64,000 bases of DNA from Botryllus schlosseri (GCA_051294905.1 CM119374.1:11532001-11596000), one strand, 5' to 3'; positions 48,401-62,064 are shown, numbered from the stretch's first letter. A program made the numbers and translations. Notes: generated by a model from the letters alone, not told the origin.

Positions 48401-51400
48401 CTGCAACGTTTACGTAAAAAAGGTATCCGGCCCTCGGTCCACTCGCAGGCCCTCATCACGGCGAAGCTGGCCCGGGACCCTGATTCTGAGATCGCCACGA
48501 CCAGCCTCAAAGTGTCGCTGCTCTGTCCGCTCGGGAAAATGCGGATGACAGTGCCGGCTAGACCGCTGACCTGCACGCACATGCAGTGTTTCGACGCAAT
48601 GCTGTTTTTACAGATGAATGAAAGGTGTTATATCATATTATCATTAATCGATTCGTGTTTTAGGGGCCTTGTGGACATATGAGCACGCATGTGGGTTGAA
48701 TTTACGGTTAAGGTTATATGTAGGATTAGGTGGGGTTTGGGGTTGTGGCAGGGATTTTCAACTGTCCAGTAACGTTCGAACCTAACCATTGTGAAATTCG
48801 GAAAAGGTTTGGTTATTTAGAGTTTTTATCCATTCAAAACAACACACCATAGAACGAGAAAATATTGAGATGTCGGAAGGACGTGGAGACGTCTGTTGAA
48901 TCAGACACCCACCTGGGCATAAGAGGCATGCACTGTGATTGCTAAGTAATGCAAGATCACTTGAAAGGACAAGCACTGAAAACTATTTTTACTTCAACCT
49001 ATAAGTGGATATGCTCTGTAATTGTGTTACAGCCATCGAAATACTGTCTTGTACACCAATACTGGCTGATCTAGGAAGCTGGTGACTAAAAAATTGTAAT
49101 CACTGTCGGCTGGACTAGGTAAAGCTCTCACCGCGACTTCATTACCAGTTATGGTCAATTTAGTTAGATATTGCCCTTTTAAAGAAGGACAAGTCTTCTA
49201 GGAAAGGACAATATGGCACCCTGGCTATATACCACGCAAGCTCTCTGGCCCACTGAACACAGCACCGTGGCCATTGTGAAATGCGCGTAGGTTGAAAACG
49301 CTGGAGTCCGGCTAATGGTTAATTTCGGGGTTATGAAGTCACATGCTCAAGTGTCACATGATCGACTGTGGTTTTTCATTTTGTCGCATGCTCGTATGTC
49401 GGCATGGTGTTGGAGATTTATTTTCAAGTCGGTTTATTTTCAGGGATCATTACAGTGACGAAAGGTATTTTGGTGTTGTCGCATGGTTTTCTGATTTTTT
49501 TTTTCTTTATTTTGCTTCACAGTTGACTGTGCGTCACAGCGTGCTGAAGTATTTTGATCCACAGTAGGATTGGGCACAACAAGCCCGTATGGAATCAGAG
49601 CTCACAGATGTTGTGACTCAATACGAATTATTTGAATTTTTGCGAGTTGTTATACATAAATGATGATATTGCCGTCTTTGAGAATAAATAATTCGAAATA
49701 AAATGGATGTAAACAAATAATTATTGTTCCACGTTTTCGGTTGATTGAAAAATAAAAGTCAATGCAGCAGCACAAGGGTGCGGATACTTTGAAACTCAAC
49801 AACTTGCTTCTACTGGTCGGAAATGAGCCAAATGTGCTATGCATCGTTTTTTTTCTAGAGAACTTGACAATTTCATGGCGTTTCCAGTAAAATTTTCAAA
49901 AGAATTTTATTAAGAAATCTTTGAAAATTTTAATTCTAATATCCTCCCTTCTACTGTTTCTTTTTTCTACGTTTTTTCAACAAACCTGACAATTTTACGG
50001 AATCTCCGGTAAAATTTGAAGTAATTGATTGTTTTTGAACATCCCTGGTGCTCAGATGCTGTGTTTTTCAGTCCAATTCATTTCAATATCTGTGAATCAT
50101 TATACATGATGATGACGTAAATGATGACTAGGGCAAGTTTTTGCAACTTTCTCAACTTTTTTTTACAGCTTCCAGCAGCTTCGTAAATACTCGGAAGATA
50201 TGTAGAATGCTGTTTTAAGCTGTTTGAAGGAATCTTATGGTGCAACTTTTTGCAACTTTTGTCCATTTTCTTTCATGCAACTTTTTGCAACATTTTGCAA
50301 CTTCTTGGATTTTGGTGAAATTCACGGCCAAATTCGACTGCAATACCGTTAATTAGCACTGAAGTAACGGTCTTACGGGTATTTCGGGAGCTGAGCCGGA
50401 AAGTTGACTTTTTTTTCAGTCAACCGAGCAAAATGTGGTCTTTTAGTCCAACTTTTGTGAAAAAATGAATGCAACTTTTTACTGCAACTTATGCAACTTT
50501 CCACGGATTTAACTGCAACAAAAACTTGCCCTAATGATGACATTGCAGTCTTTGTATTAAAATACGATTGATATAAACATATAACATAATTGGAAGGGTG
50601 TGTTTGTCACGCATACAACACTACAACAGCACGAGTGAGCAGATGCCTAAACTCTTCGTCCGAATTCTTTCAACGTCTTCATAGTCTTGACCGGTGTCAC
50701 CCTTGCACAGGAAAGCGACGTGGATGTGTCCGGTTTGCGACCGGCCCGCAGAGTTCTCACAGCTCTTTATCGACGGGCTTTTCATCAACATACTGAAGGA
50801 GACCAGTTCGGGGGAGGTGATCTTTCTCGACAACGGGAGGTGGGAGCCATTTTCTGAGAAGAAGGAATTTCTCAGCCTCGTCACACCCACAAAGAAAGCG
50901 GACTTGATTGGTGAGACCTTCCTGCCTTGTGACGGGAGTGAGAATTTGGTTGGGAATGTTTTGAGAGTTATGGGTTTTATGTGATTTTTGAAACTGGTTT
51001 TTGGAAAATAATTTCAGTGAATTTTTTCCCCAATGCTATGTATTGCTGTATAGAGATCATAAATAACGAAACGAAAAGTCTTTTATCCGAACGGTGCGGT
51101 ACGTGAAACTGATACGTTTTTTTTCTTCGGGGAATTGAAACTGTTAACTGGACACTGCGTTCTAAACGTGGTGTGGTCTGAAATTCCAAAGTTTGAAAAC
51201 AGTTTTGACAGTGGCTGTGTCCCGCAGAAAGCCCCCGTTTTTGAATTACAGTTGAAAGATTTTCATAAAATGCACCATTGCACTCCATCTCTGTGGAATC
51301 AGAGTCCTGCATCATCGCTTCGTTCACTTTTACATTTTTAATTATAGAGCGCATATTTAAAGCGTAATCCCTAGACATCTGTCGAGACATACTTGATCTG

Positions 51401-54400
51401 CGAAACTGCCCAAAATCATTGATTCTCTCTTCTCTTAGCGATGCTAGCAGAAAGATTGGTCAAATTAGTATTCCAGCTTAGTAATTTAAGACAATGCACT
51501 CCTACTTGGTTTTTCCAGAGGCCTAATACAAGTTCAGATATTTTGAGACAGCGACAAGCTCAGTAGCCTGATGTTGCCGCAAAGATATGTCGTTCTAAAG
51601 CATTTTATCTACGATTTTCTACTGTGCCGAGTGGCTGCGATAATTTCAGACCGAGATGAGGCTTAGATCTATGAATAGCATGCTGTTCACTAGATCGAAT
51701 TTGAGTAGCAAGGTGTTGGCTGTAGAAGGATTTGCTAGGCTTGAGAGTGCAAGACGATACTTGAATTGGTAGTTGGAATAGCATTCAGTATCAGCAACTC
51801 ACTATGATCACTGATTGTTGTGGCTTTGTTGGTTCAGGTGTTCTTAGTGCATGCAAGCGTAAGAGTGTGAGCTCCAAAGACCAGGAATGTTGGAGAAAAG
51901 TTTCCCGGGAAGTTATGGAAGTCGTTATCCCAAAAGGAGCTCCACGTTGGAAGATGGTGAAATACCTGGAAAAAGCCGGTGGCTCGGGTATGAGGACTTA
52001 TTGTGATCAGGACAGTTGATTGAGATGTTATTTCATGTTACTTTTCAATCACACTTGAGATTTGCAAGTTATTACATACCATAGTTCTAATAATTGAATG
52101 ATATGGGCCAGGTGCGAGCCAATTTGTGACACTTGTGGTAACTGAAGTTAAGACTGTTCTACTTCTTGAAAGGCTGGAAGAGTCACTATTGATACAACTA
52201 TAGTTAAGCTAGCTCAGTGAAATGTCTCGAGAAAAGTATAGTGTCCAACATCGTGTTCCTATTTTATAAAAGGCATCAAACATGATATGCCTACGCTCGA
52301 CGAGAAAGAATTGATTTCTAGCCTGGTCAAGCTGGAATAGTAGCCATGTATTTGCTTTCTCAATCTCGGCATAGCCAGAAGATAAAGACAGTCTGATAGT
52401 AGGAATTGTATTCTGATACTCAGTGACTCAACGTGCATTACAGAAATGTGTTGTTAGTGATGGACCGTTATGGTAGAATACAGACTGTAGTCAGTGTCTA
52501 TCTTAGTGGCCACCTTGGCGCCTGCAGCAAGTTGAGTGGGCCCTTGATTCTGTCGTTAGGCCTGGAATTTATAAAATCTTTCCCGAAACACTTCCGGTAT
52601 TCCATAGTAGCCTACAGGATTTTAACATCATCAATCGATTCAAAAATTGTCACCAGAGGTGGTCTGTAACAAAGTACCGGTACCATTATTTCAGGTTGAA
52701 GCACTTTTTCAGTTAAGACCTACTCGTTTTTCAAACTGTGGAATTTGTAAAGAAGAAGCAGTTTGCGTCACTTTCACGAGGAAAATTGTTGTAAGAACTG
52801 AGCAACATAGTTATTATAGTAGAAAACTTTATATTTATGTTATAAAAAATGAATATGAAAATTTTTCAAATTTTAGTGGCTACCCCATGAAATTTGTAGG
52901 TTGTCTCAATAACCGATGAAGAACGAATTTGGCTCAATTCCAACCCCTACAAGAGAATTTATTGGAGTAGGCCCTATAAAATTTTTGATTTGGAAAAAAT
53001 AGTAGGCCTATTTACGGTGGCAAATTCTTTCAAATATTTATCACAGATCTACCCACTGTAAATACTATGATTTGCAATCCTGAATTTTGAACATCAATAA
53101 CTCTGCTTCTACGGTAAGGTATTGAGCCAAATTTGTTGTGCATTGTTTTTTAGGTAACCTGACAGTAAAATTTGAAGCAAAAATCAATTAGAACAGCCCT
53201 AGTGTGCACATTTTTTATGTTAGTCCATCGATTTCTTCTCGTTTTCAGCACTAGATTTATCGAACAGTCCGCAATCGTCTCCAGTGGGTAGTGCCGAACA
53301 GAAGAAACGGGAGCCTGTAATCATCGACCTCACATGTAGGCTAACTTTGCGATACGTTAATTCGGCGCTCTGTGGTTGAATCGTGCTGTGTTTCTTGTTC
53401 AGGCGATTCTTCCGATGACGAAAGCTGTATCGCGTCTCCACCTAAACGCAAAGACAACGATAGAGACGAAGTCCACAGTCTTTCGTCCACGTCACCGTGA
53501 GTAGCTGCGTCTTTTAGACATGTTGTTAGTAGTTGGGCAAATCATACCGAGCCCAATCTGCGCGCCGTAATTTCTCTCTACAAAATCCCTCTTGTTACTA
53601 TTTCTGTTTGTCTTCAGTAGAAATTGCCTTGTAGACACCAAATGTTACTGGGTGCGAGCTCTATGTATCACCAATTTTAAGGTCGACCATTTGGAATATT
53701 TACACCTAGGGTACATAGCCGAGCCGTTAAGTATTTGAGCTTGTGGTTATGGAAACATTATCAAACTTGATATGGCGTAGCAATTGAAAACTCTGCACAA
53801 AGCACGTTTACCGATCAACAGCTATGGCTCCCCATCATTAGAAAAGTTGGCAATCTTCGGCAGGGTATGTTATGTGTTGACTGACTGGCGTGATGTATTA
53901 GACCTATTAGACTGGTGTTTGACAAGAAGTTGGCACGACTGTAGCCCTGTCTTGACAATGCATCTTTATAACTTATGCCGCCTGAGTTTTATATGGTGAT
54001 AAATAATAAAAAGAAGTGGGCCTACAATCGTATTGCCCAAATGGAAACAAAAGATATGACAGACAATTCATACATTGGATGTTTCGGACAGACATTTTGT
54101 CATCTACTTCGTAATACGGTTACGTTTCAAACCCCAAACGCACATTAAGCAGTCTTACCCCGCCCTCAAGCTAAGCTTCCCTTGATCTAGTCCTAGCCAG
54201 CAACTAATGCGAACCCGTAATCGGATCTTTTTCCGTACTTACTCCAACCCATCCCCTACCGCTAATCCTCAACCAAGGCTAGCCTAATTTAATACAACCA
54301 GTCACCTATTCAGACTCCACGGCAAAGTTGATGTCCGAAGCGTCCAATGCTTGTACACTCTGATAATCTAAGAAAGGGAATGCAATCTGGGAAATGATAT

Positions 54401-57400
54401 CATAGCAAAAACTTAATTCTGAATAACGGTGAATACCTGTTTCCCACCGTTATACGGAGGAACAAGTTCACTCATTCCATTTTGTTACATGTCGTACTAC
54501 AGACCGTGCTTGATTAGACACATGTCGTACTACAGACCATGCTTGATTAGACATGTATTAGTTTGAATTTAGAATGGTTGTGAAGAAATCCATTTCAATG
54601 AAAATCAGTGATGAGAAGCAGCATTCTGAACAACTAAATTTATTTTTGCTGTGGCCAAACAGTGCGTGTTTCAAGTTATTTCCTCTGCAAGCGTTGTAAA
54701 CTTCTGTGAGCCGACGGCAAAAGTAGAGCCGGTCAGCGATACTCAGCGGCTTTAGGTATATCATGCACAGAATGCCGTTCAAGCTGGCATAACGAGTTTA
54801 GGAATTAGACCGGAAGTCTCGAGCGTAAGGATTCTATCATCTTCATTGTGCAGCGTGACTTTGTAACAGTTTTGCAGTGGGGTTGGTTTCAATACGAGGT
54901 CACAAAAGCAAGTAAAAGAAAGAGGTCAAGATCAGGGATTAATACTACACACTGTTCACACTATCACTCACGGTAGAGTGGTGGCTTCCTTAGTGGGCTG
55001 GGCATATCTAGTAGACTACCAGAGTCAAGTGTGAAGCTTTGAGTCGTGAATTCGAGCATCACTCATTATGACGTCATGCTTGCATGGATGATGTATAAAT
55101 ATCAAATATGTACCTTTCATGCGACCTCAACTGGTGTAATTCCGATTCTACATCACATAGAAGATTATTTGGTGACTACACACGACTTCAAACATCTGTC
55201 ATTTGCACTGACGACGTGATGTACTTACCTTTGTACTACATGTTTCATATGCTGTGAGGTTTACAGCCCGCCACAGTGGAGATTACTATCAAAACTGCAA
55301 TTCCTGGTGATATATCAACTCTTACTGGCATGGAGCGTATCATTTCAGTACTGGAAAAAATCACAACTCATACTAAACTAAAATCATTAGATATAACACT
55401 AGATTCAGATTAGAGTACTTGTTACATTGTGCCCAGCCCACCGATTAGAAATCTTGCTGTGAGCCAGGTATTCATATATTGTAGTCGTAAGACAAAATAT
55501 CATGAAAATATTCTCAGAGTTGAGTGGTGAAAGGACCAGATTATATTTAATTGAGGCGTCTAGTGTCTAGTCAGCGTTATTGCTTGTTCAAAAGAAAAGA
55601 GAGAGACGTTGAAGATCTTTCAAACAGATATCGAATTACATGCTTTAGTCAATGGTGTTTTGCGTTTGCTTGGCATGTGATGGATAAATGACTGGGAAAA
55701 TGACCCCAATTTGACTGTCTATTAAATATTTTGGAGTCTAAATTATATTTGTGACGCATCTAGTAACATAACGCTGTCGAACATTTTCTTCCCTGTGCTA
55801 TTGTGATTAACAGTAGAAGATCATGTGTAGGGTGTCCTGACGATTTCTGAGTATCTTTTCAACTTACCAGTCACATCTCCCATTAATTATCTCGGGGTGT
55901 AAGGTAGTTAGGAGAGAAAGGCGCTTTTGCACCCCCTATCTTTTAAGATTGTGACTTATGTTTATTCTGTAACATAATGATCATGAACGTCTAAACTTTT
56001 ATGCTCCAACCATCGTTCTCGGCACTTTCGAGTGTTCATTCCATAATATCCACACCTATGATGCTAATGCTGCAAATGTAGGAAACTGTTACAGTTAATA
56101 GCTGTGCTTTTTGCACACATAGTACATTCTCTCTTCTCCTATTTAAGTATTTTTTCAGAGGCACACTTGACTTCACAGTTATTATGTCGATAAAAACTAA
56201 TTTCGCCGCTATGTATCAGTAACTTATGTGCTGTACTTTATTGCTCTAGTGCAGGGGTTCTCAACCTGGGGGGCGTGAAACAACTGAAGGGGGGCGCGAA
56301 GAAGCAGTCACCTGAAAAAAATTTTTCGCGCCTTGCGCGATTTACCTCCAATACACGCGTGTTTCTCTCTATATAGACCCGATTTCAGATTTTTTATTCT
56401 CTCATCAACATTCATAACCGACCATACCACCAAACAATCTGTTGGGGTTGCTAGCATCCCAGTTGAATTTTGTGATATGACGATAAGGGGGGCGCGAAAT
56501 TTTTCATTATCAAAAAGGGGGGCGTGTCTAAAAAAAGGTTGAGAACCACTGCTCTAGTGTGATCAAAAATTGATCGTGTTTTTTTACAGAATGCCAGACA
56601 ATTCACTCAGTTGCCATTTCGGACATACTTTGTGATACGTTTTTATCGATATCTTGCCTCCGTAATCTTGGACTGTAGTAAGAGCTCGCTGCGTGACTGT
56701 AATCTTAATAAAACTCTTCAACCTAACCCTAAAATTAATCTAATCCTTAACCTAACCCAAGCTAACCTGACATGAACCTGCCACCGGAAAATAACCTAAC
56801 CTATCTTGAACCCAGCCCTTGTTATCTTAACCTAGCAGTAGCCTAATCTGGGCCCTAAGCTAATCCAAGTTAACTTTACCTTACCCTTGACTTAATCCAA
56901 CCCATCAGCTAACCCGCAACTTTACCTAACTCAAAACAAACTCAAGCTAACCGAACTGTGTCACTTGAGCTGGTCAATATTGAAGTACTCTGAAGATTTT
57001 GCCGACTTTACCACTTTATCAAGTGGTTATGTTTTGCGACCACTTTCACACCTATCTACCTACATTCATGGTTTACTTGGAAAAAGTAGATGAATTTACT
57101 TTTTACACCTGGATTTGCATCATTTGTATCACATCATTTTGTATCACTTTTGTGAGTGAGTAACTATATCACGGTGACTCAAATTTTTTTAAATTGCACC
57201 TATGGCTAATTGTAAAGTCATTTGTCGTTTTTCATCTGAAAGTAGCCAACTGCGATCAACTGCTAAAAGTAAGCAGTTCCTCGATTAAATCTGTTTTTAA
57301 AACTGATCTAGTATCTATCAGATCTTTATTTAGTATTTCCCCTTGAAGTTGTTCTGACATGTTTGAGAATCGTTGCATCTACTTGTATTTGAGTCGAAAT

Positions 57401-58602
57401 TTACAGCATTACTTATACTTCAACTTGGGTACTGACGCTAGCTTTGGCTTCTCTCTTACTTAATTTGACAATTAACAATTATGCGGTCTTCTGTCTCAAA
57501 GTGTCCCCAGTCCTGATCTAAAAACTACAATCTAGAATTTTGGTACAGTGGTTGCGATTTCTTCAGTCTTAAAAGCTCTGCTTGGTGTGTTTAGTGCAAC
57601 CGAGTAGGCTATTGCAGTAGGTGTATACTACCTTTACCTCTCAAAAACTAGATGTCCGAAACAGCAGATGTCTGAATTGTCTGGTCGCCTATTTGACATG
57701 CAGTTGCACGCAATTTTCAGCGTTGGCCGCAACAACAACGCAACGGATAAGTTGTGTTTATCGGAACTTGGCTCCTTGAGATTGCAAGAGTGAAAAAGCC
57801 CGTGCCGTGAAACTAGGCGGTTGGTCGTTTGCCCAGTCAGATACCCGCACTGTTGCTTTTTGTTGTGTTCACAGCCTCACACCCGCTTGTCAGACTTGGA
57901 CAACTAGATTAGTAGACTAATGGAATATTTCTCTGCTCTCAGTTGGATTCTGATATAATTTCTGGTTTTCTTGGAAATGCTACAGGAAAACTGTCATGCT
58001 TATGAGATCAGATTTGATATGAACCGTAGTTGATGTTTTTTGTTTTGCTTCTCTAAATTTAATTTTCGCGAATTCTGTAATTTAAATTGTAATCTAGTCT
58101 GGAGAAAACTGTGAAGCTATCATTCTAATTGTAATTTAATTTTAATGAAAATTTCCTAGTTGTCCATCTCTGCCGCTTGGCTTCTGCAGTTCTTTGCGCA
58201 CTTGTTCCCCGTTTCGTTCGGTTTAACAGGTACCGCTCGGACAACAGCATCCACAGAGACGACTCGCTGGTGGCGCCCCCGGCGAAGCAAAGGCGCACGC
58301 ACGACACCCTGCCCTGGGACCAATCCACCACTTCGTTTTCTGGCTTGACCCAGAACTTGCCAAGTAGCACAAGCTCCAGCCCGAGACCTACGTGTTATGG
58401 GCTTGTGGACTTGAACACGACTGAAAGGACATCGCAAAACGTCCGGTCCCGCCAGTACGCCCACTCCCCCGTGTACTACCCGCCTATATCTAGAAGTAGT
58501 GGGTCGCCAATGTCCATGTACGGTTTTGATCAGTATCGTGCCGGACCTTCGCCCTCTCTCTTGGATATGAACTACTACCTGAGTAGTCTTGGTAGGTGCT
58601 GA
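39247..58602 (+). CDS. PIAS: E3 SUMO-protein ligase PIAS (11 coding exons, ~592 aa)
   Basis: Hand-spliced exons 39247-39288, 39346-39477, 40630-40718, 41468-41598, 45477-45606, 47635-47860, 48350-48624, 50711-50910, 53249-53335, 53403-53496, 58230-58602; all GT-AG, phases consistent, total 1779 nt. The last exon and any extra exons in the 4.7-kb last intron are less certain. Confidence 0.95.
40630..40718 (+). CDS. PIAS: PIAS exon 3
   Basis: TTTTAG acceptor, LVLQVRELYERRFPR (cf. MKIKELYRRRFP), GTAAGT donor. Confidence 0.9.
41468..41598 (+). CDS. PIAS: PIAS exon 4 (start of PINIT domain)
   Basis: PIHPQVTFKTLPFYEVLSDVVKPSSL. Confidence 0.93.
42908..43870 (+). mobile_element. Complete piggyBac-like MITE (963 bp) in PIAS intron 4
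   Basis: TTAA TSDs (42904-42907, 43871-43874); imperfect TIRs CCCTTTTGAAATC / GATTTTAAGAGGG. Confidence 0.9.
45477..45606 (+). CDS. PIAS: PIAS exon 5
   Basis: FTFTLSEEQV...YQVQIQLR; phase 1 to phase 2. Confidence 0.92.
47635..47860 (+). CDS. PIAS: PIAS exon 6 (PINIT motif region)
   Basis: FCLLETTCDQKDFLPPNL...EPKRANRPIDIT...VSW. Confidence 0.95.
48350..48624 (+). CDS. PIAS: PIAS exon 7 (SP-RING N-part)
   Basis: DPDSEIATTSLKVSLLCPLGKMRMTVPARPLTCTHMQCFDA. Confidence 0.97.
50129..50533. mobile_element. hAT-type MITE (405 bp) in PIAS intron 7
   Basis: TIR TAGGGCAAGTTTTTG / CAAAAACTTGCCCTA; perfect TSD ATGATGAC; TGCAAC subterminal repeats. Confidence 0.92.
50711..50910 (+). CDS. PIAS: PIAS exon 8 (SP-RING C-part)
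   Basis: KATWMCPVCDRPAEFSQLFIDGLFINILKE...FLDNGRWEP. Confidence 0.96.
53249..53496 (+). CDS. PIAS: PIAS exons 9-10 (SIM plus acidic tract), 67-bp intron 53336-53402
   Basis: KKREPVIIDLT-C-DSSDDESCIASPPKRK. Confidence 0.9.
54487..54552. repeat. 33-bp tandem duplication
   Basis: ACATGTCGTACTACAGACC(G/A)TGCTTGATTAGAC x2. Confidence 0.9.
56252..56551. mobile_element. hAT-Charlie-type MITE (300 bp)
   Basis: CAGGGGTTCTCAACC / GGTTGAGAACCACTG; perfect TSD CTCTAGTG. Confidence 0.92.
56718..56955. repeat. Degenerate (TAACCC/TAACCT)-like tract
   Basis: AACCTAACCCTAA...; similar tracts at ~54170-54300 and, reversed, ~48700-48770. Confidence 0.65.
58230..58602 (+). CDS. PIAS: PIAS probable terminal exon (Ser/Pro-rich)
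   Basis: AACAG acceptor in the correct phase (2); 124 open codons; may instead splice at G/GTAGGT 58591. Confidence 0.65.
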
Positions 58603-61600
58603 TTTTTACAGAAAAATGCGGCCGTTGGTATCAATGCTTGACTGTGCATGTTGACCGATAAGTTGGCCTGGGCAAAATCGAGTACCTGAGTGATTAGATT
58701 CTGATTCGAGTATTAGGCGTTGAGTTGGGTATTCGAGTATGATTCGTTAACGCCTCAACAGTATGAATGACATGGCAACGTCATCTATGTACCTTTTGTT
58801 CAACCACAAAGGATAAAACGCCTGATCTACACAGGGTTGTAACCAAGTCACAAGTCGCTCTCACTGTTATAGTTTTGACTCGAGTCGAGTCATTTTCAAT
58901 TCACTACCGAGTCAAGTCCAAGTCAGTGAGTAGAGGGACGAGTCCGAGTCATGGAGTGACATAAAATGGCTCGCATTCATAATATCGTAACTTTCTTCAT
59001 TCCTAACAGTTTCTGGCCCTATTCACTAAATATCAGGACTGATAGACGAAATACCAATAATGTGGTGACTTTACTATTCTTCGAAGTTTCAATGAAATGT
59101 ATGTCTAGGCCGTTCTAGCCTCAAGCCATATGACTTGGTTCGAGACATGCACAATGGCTCGAGTACAAGTCGAGTCAATACACAAACTGACTGGAGTCAA
59201 GTCGAGTCGCAAAAAAAAATCGTGATTCGAGTAATTACAGCCCTGGTTCCAAATGACATTGCTGATAATTTAGTATTTTTTCAACCATGCCTATTTCATT
59301 GCGCTTTGAGACAATGCTGTGGGTTGATCATGACTACACGGAAATGTCAGTTTTACTAACCTGCATAGCTTTGTACTACATGTCTCGTGACACGATTCGA
59401 CCAATCGAAATTTACAGCAGTGGAGAACTGTATCGAAGCTATAATTCTAGTTGATTGATTAACGGTTAGTTACAAGGAGTGTATGATTTCAGCACTCGAC
59501 TAGAACCATTTTCAATATACATTTGACTACTCTAATCATAGTGCCCAGCTCTACTGATAATTAGCGCCTGCGTCAGCTCTATGAGCAATAAGCATGTTAA
59601 TATTTGAGACAGCTTGCTTGGATTGCTCCGAGTTAAGAATGTCAGCAATCGCTACCAATTCAATATTGCTTCCCTTAGCGCTTTGTCCAGTAACATTCGT
59701 ATCGCCTTGTGCATAAGGTGTACGGTCCCGTCCCCTCCATTTGGTGCCGCTTTCTTCCCGGGTGTGCTTGATTTGCGTTGCTTGACAGTACAGTTTTCGG
59801 TTGCTCACGCTGAGTTGTTGCACTGTGCGTTATCTGTTGTGTGATTCTTTGTAATGCGAATGACCGCCGTTCGCGGTAATATGTTGACCATGAACCATTC
59901 AAGTAGCTAACAGATCAACTAAATTTCCAGCCCAACCTAATCCTATCCATTTATTCGTTGGTAACAGACGAAAAGCACTTCGTTAAGATGTGTGAATGCA
60001 ACAAATATTTGTCACTCGGCAGAACTTGGTTATCTCCGATACTCGATTAAATCAGATCGCGATTGATGGATCCACAGCCGTTGTCTGACTGTTCGAAACG
60101 GTGAATTACCGTGAGATGCTTGGTCGTCTTGCGAGCGAACGCCCCTATTAATATTAGGAGTCTACGCATGGCCAAAGCGTGGGTCACTTGAAGGCCATCA
60201 CTGGTGACAGCATTGAATTGATTTGCCTCGTAATCATATCATTTACAAATTGTTGAATCCATCTTCTCGACGAATGCTGAAGAGCCCTAATATGGGTGTT
60301 GAATCGCCTAGTCTCGCGTACATTTAACGATCATTGACAGTGGTGAAAATCAAAGATACCTAGACGTTCTAGATATCTTTGGTGAAAATGAACCTAACAC
60401 CACTTTCTACTTGTAAAAAATCCAACACAGTTGTATCACTTGGAAGACTGTTGATTGCGTTAAACTAGAAATAGAACTGGTCAATAAAATCCTTGTCCCT
60501 TGACAGAGTGGTGCTAACTTGATTCGCGCGCCCGCTCCGATATAAAGGAATTTTAGGGAACGTCTTAGTGTGACGATATCATATCTTGTTTTTAAGACCA
60601 CTACCGGATGATGCAACAGGATTCTTCAGCAAGGTCAAGTCCGTTTTTGAATCAACAATCTCACATCTCACCTAGCGCTGACGCCCTGCGCGCTTTATAT
60701 CCCGGCACGTATCGGCTGCCGCCCGAGAACTCCGACATCATTCCTATCGATTGATAGTTTCAGCTTCGTTTTTGTGTTTCTCTTTCCGGAACTTGACTGC
60801 GCGTATTTATTATGCGAATCGGCATGAGAGTTCTTCATATTTTGATTTGATATTTATTGATAAGCAATAGTAGATAACCATTGCTATTGTCGTTTCTTCC
60901 TTGTATACATTCGTTCAATTGACAGCGTGTGGTCAGTCTGGTAATGATTAGGCTGAGCCTGCTAAGCGGTCTCTGTTATTCAGCCATCAAGTAATGTCAG
61001 AAGTGGCGAATGAGAAATAACATTGCATTTGTATCTTGAAGATCGATCTCCGGGAGTCAGTATCGGCAGTAATACTTCATGCCCGCCCGCGTTATTCGGA
61101 TATTCAGAAGGTTCCTATTTCCACTAATAATAAAAACGCGAAGTTGAGGATACGCTTATCACTATTTGGAGCTTTCCAGTTTGGTCTGGTCAAAGCTACT
61201 AGAGTACAAGTAGTGACGCTGAAGTCCACTTGAGTACGAGTAGAAGTAGTCCTTTTGAAATCATCCCCAAACTATTCCAAGTAGAAGTATAGCGACGCAT
61301 ACTAGGTACAGTTTTAAGAAGCAGCTATAAATACGTTCTAATGCACCGAGTCCTACGTGAGCTGGGTTCGTGCTGCTACATACCAAGAGCCACAAAGTTT
61401 TCACACATACGAATTGAACCACATCATGGGATGCAAATGGTAGTATTGTAGTGCTTAACTTTTGTTTATCCCAGACCGCATTTCAGATAATGTCATTGGA
61501 TGGTGCCCTCCACCGTATTACAGGGCATATAGGCCCGTAGTTGAAGCTAAGAATTACGAAGTTGTATGAGACACTGCATTCACGATTTGATCGATTATTG

Positions 61601-62064
61601 TATGTTAATTGAAGCATGGTAGACCGTAAGTAGGCCTATGTCATTTAATTTAACTTCGGGAGGAAAACGGAAACAGTGCACTAATAGTTGTGCACGTGCT
61701 ACGGCACAAAAGGACTCAGATTCACTAGAAGATCTTTCTGTATGCCACTCACACTTTGTCGGCTCATTGTTGCCGTGAGAGATGCTTAATACAAAATTCA
61801 TTACACTTGAGGACTTACCGCCACGGGGTTATGACAACAAGTGAGCAGACTTGCAACGGCTTATAGCAAGAGACGGGTAACAGTATAACACGCGGACAAT
61901 TTGGTAAAACATAACCGAATACCTACAATACCGCTGATGAACTTACTGTGGTCCTACCAGTGCGAAGTCACTTGTCCGCCGATATTCGCGAAATCTCTAG
62001 CAGGTACTGTACGCATGTGAAGATAGAGCGTTTCCACAGTTGCATTTAAACTAAATTCCCGTCA

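Noticed and set aside
51400-52660. LINE fragment in PIAS intron 8
   Set aside because: The sequence looks non-random, but I could not find any RT or endonuclease motif in the frames I translated.
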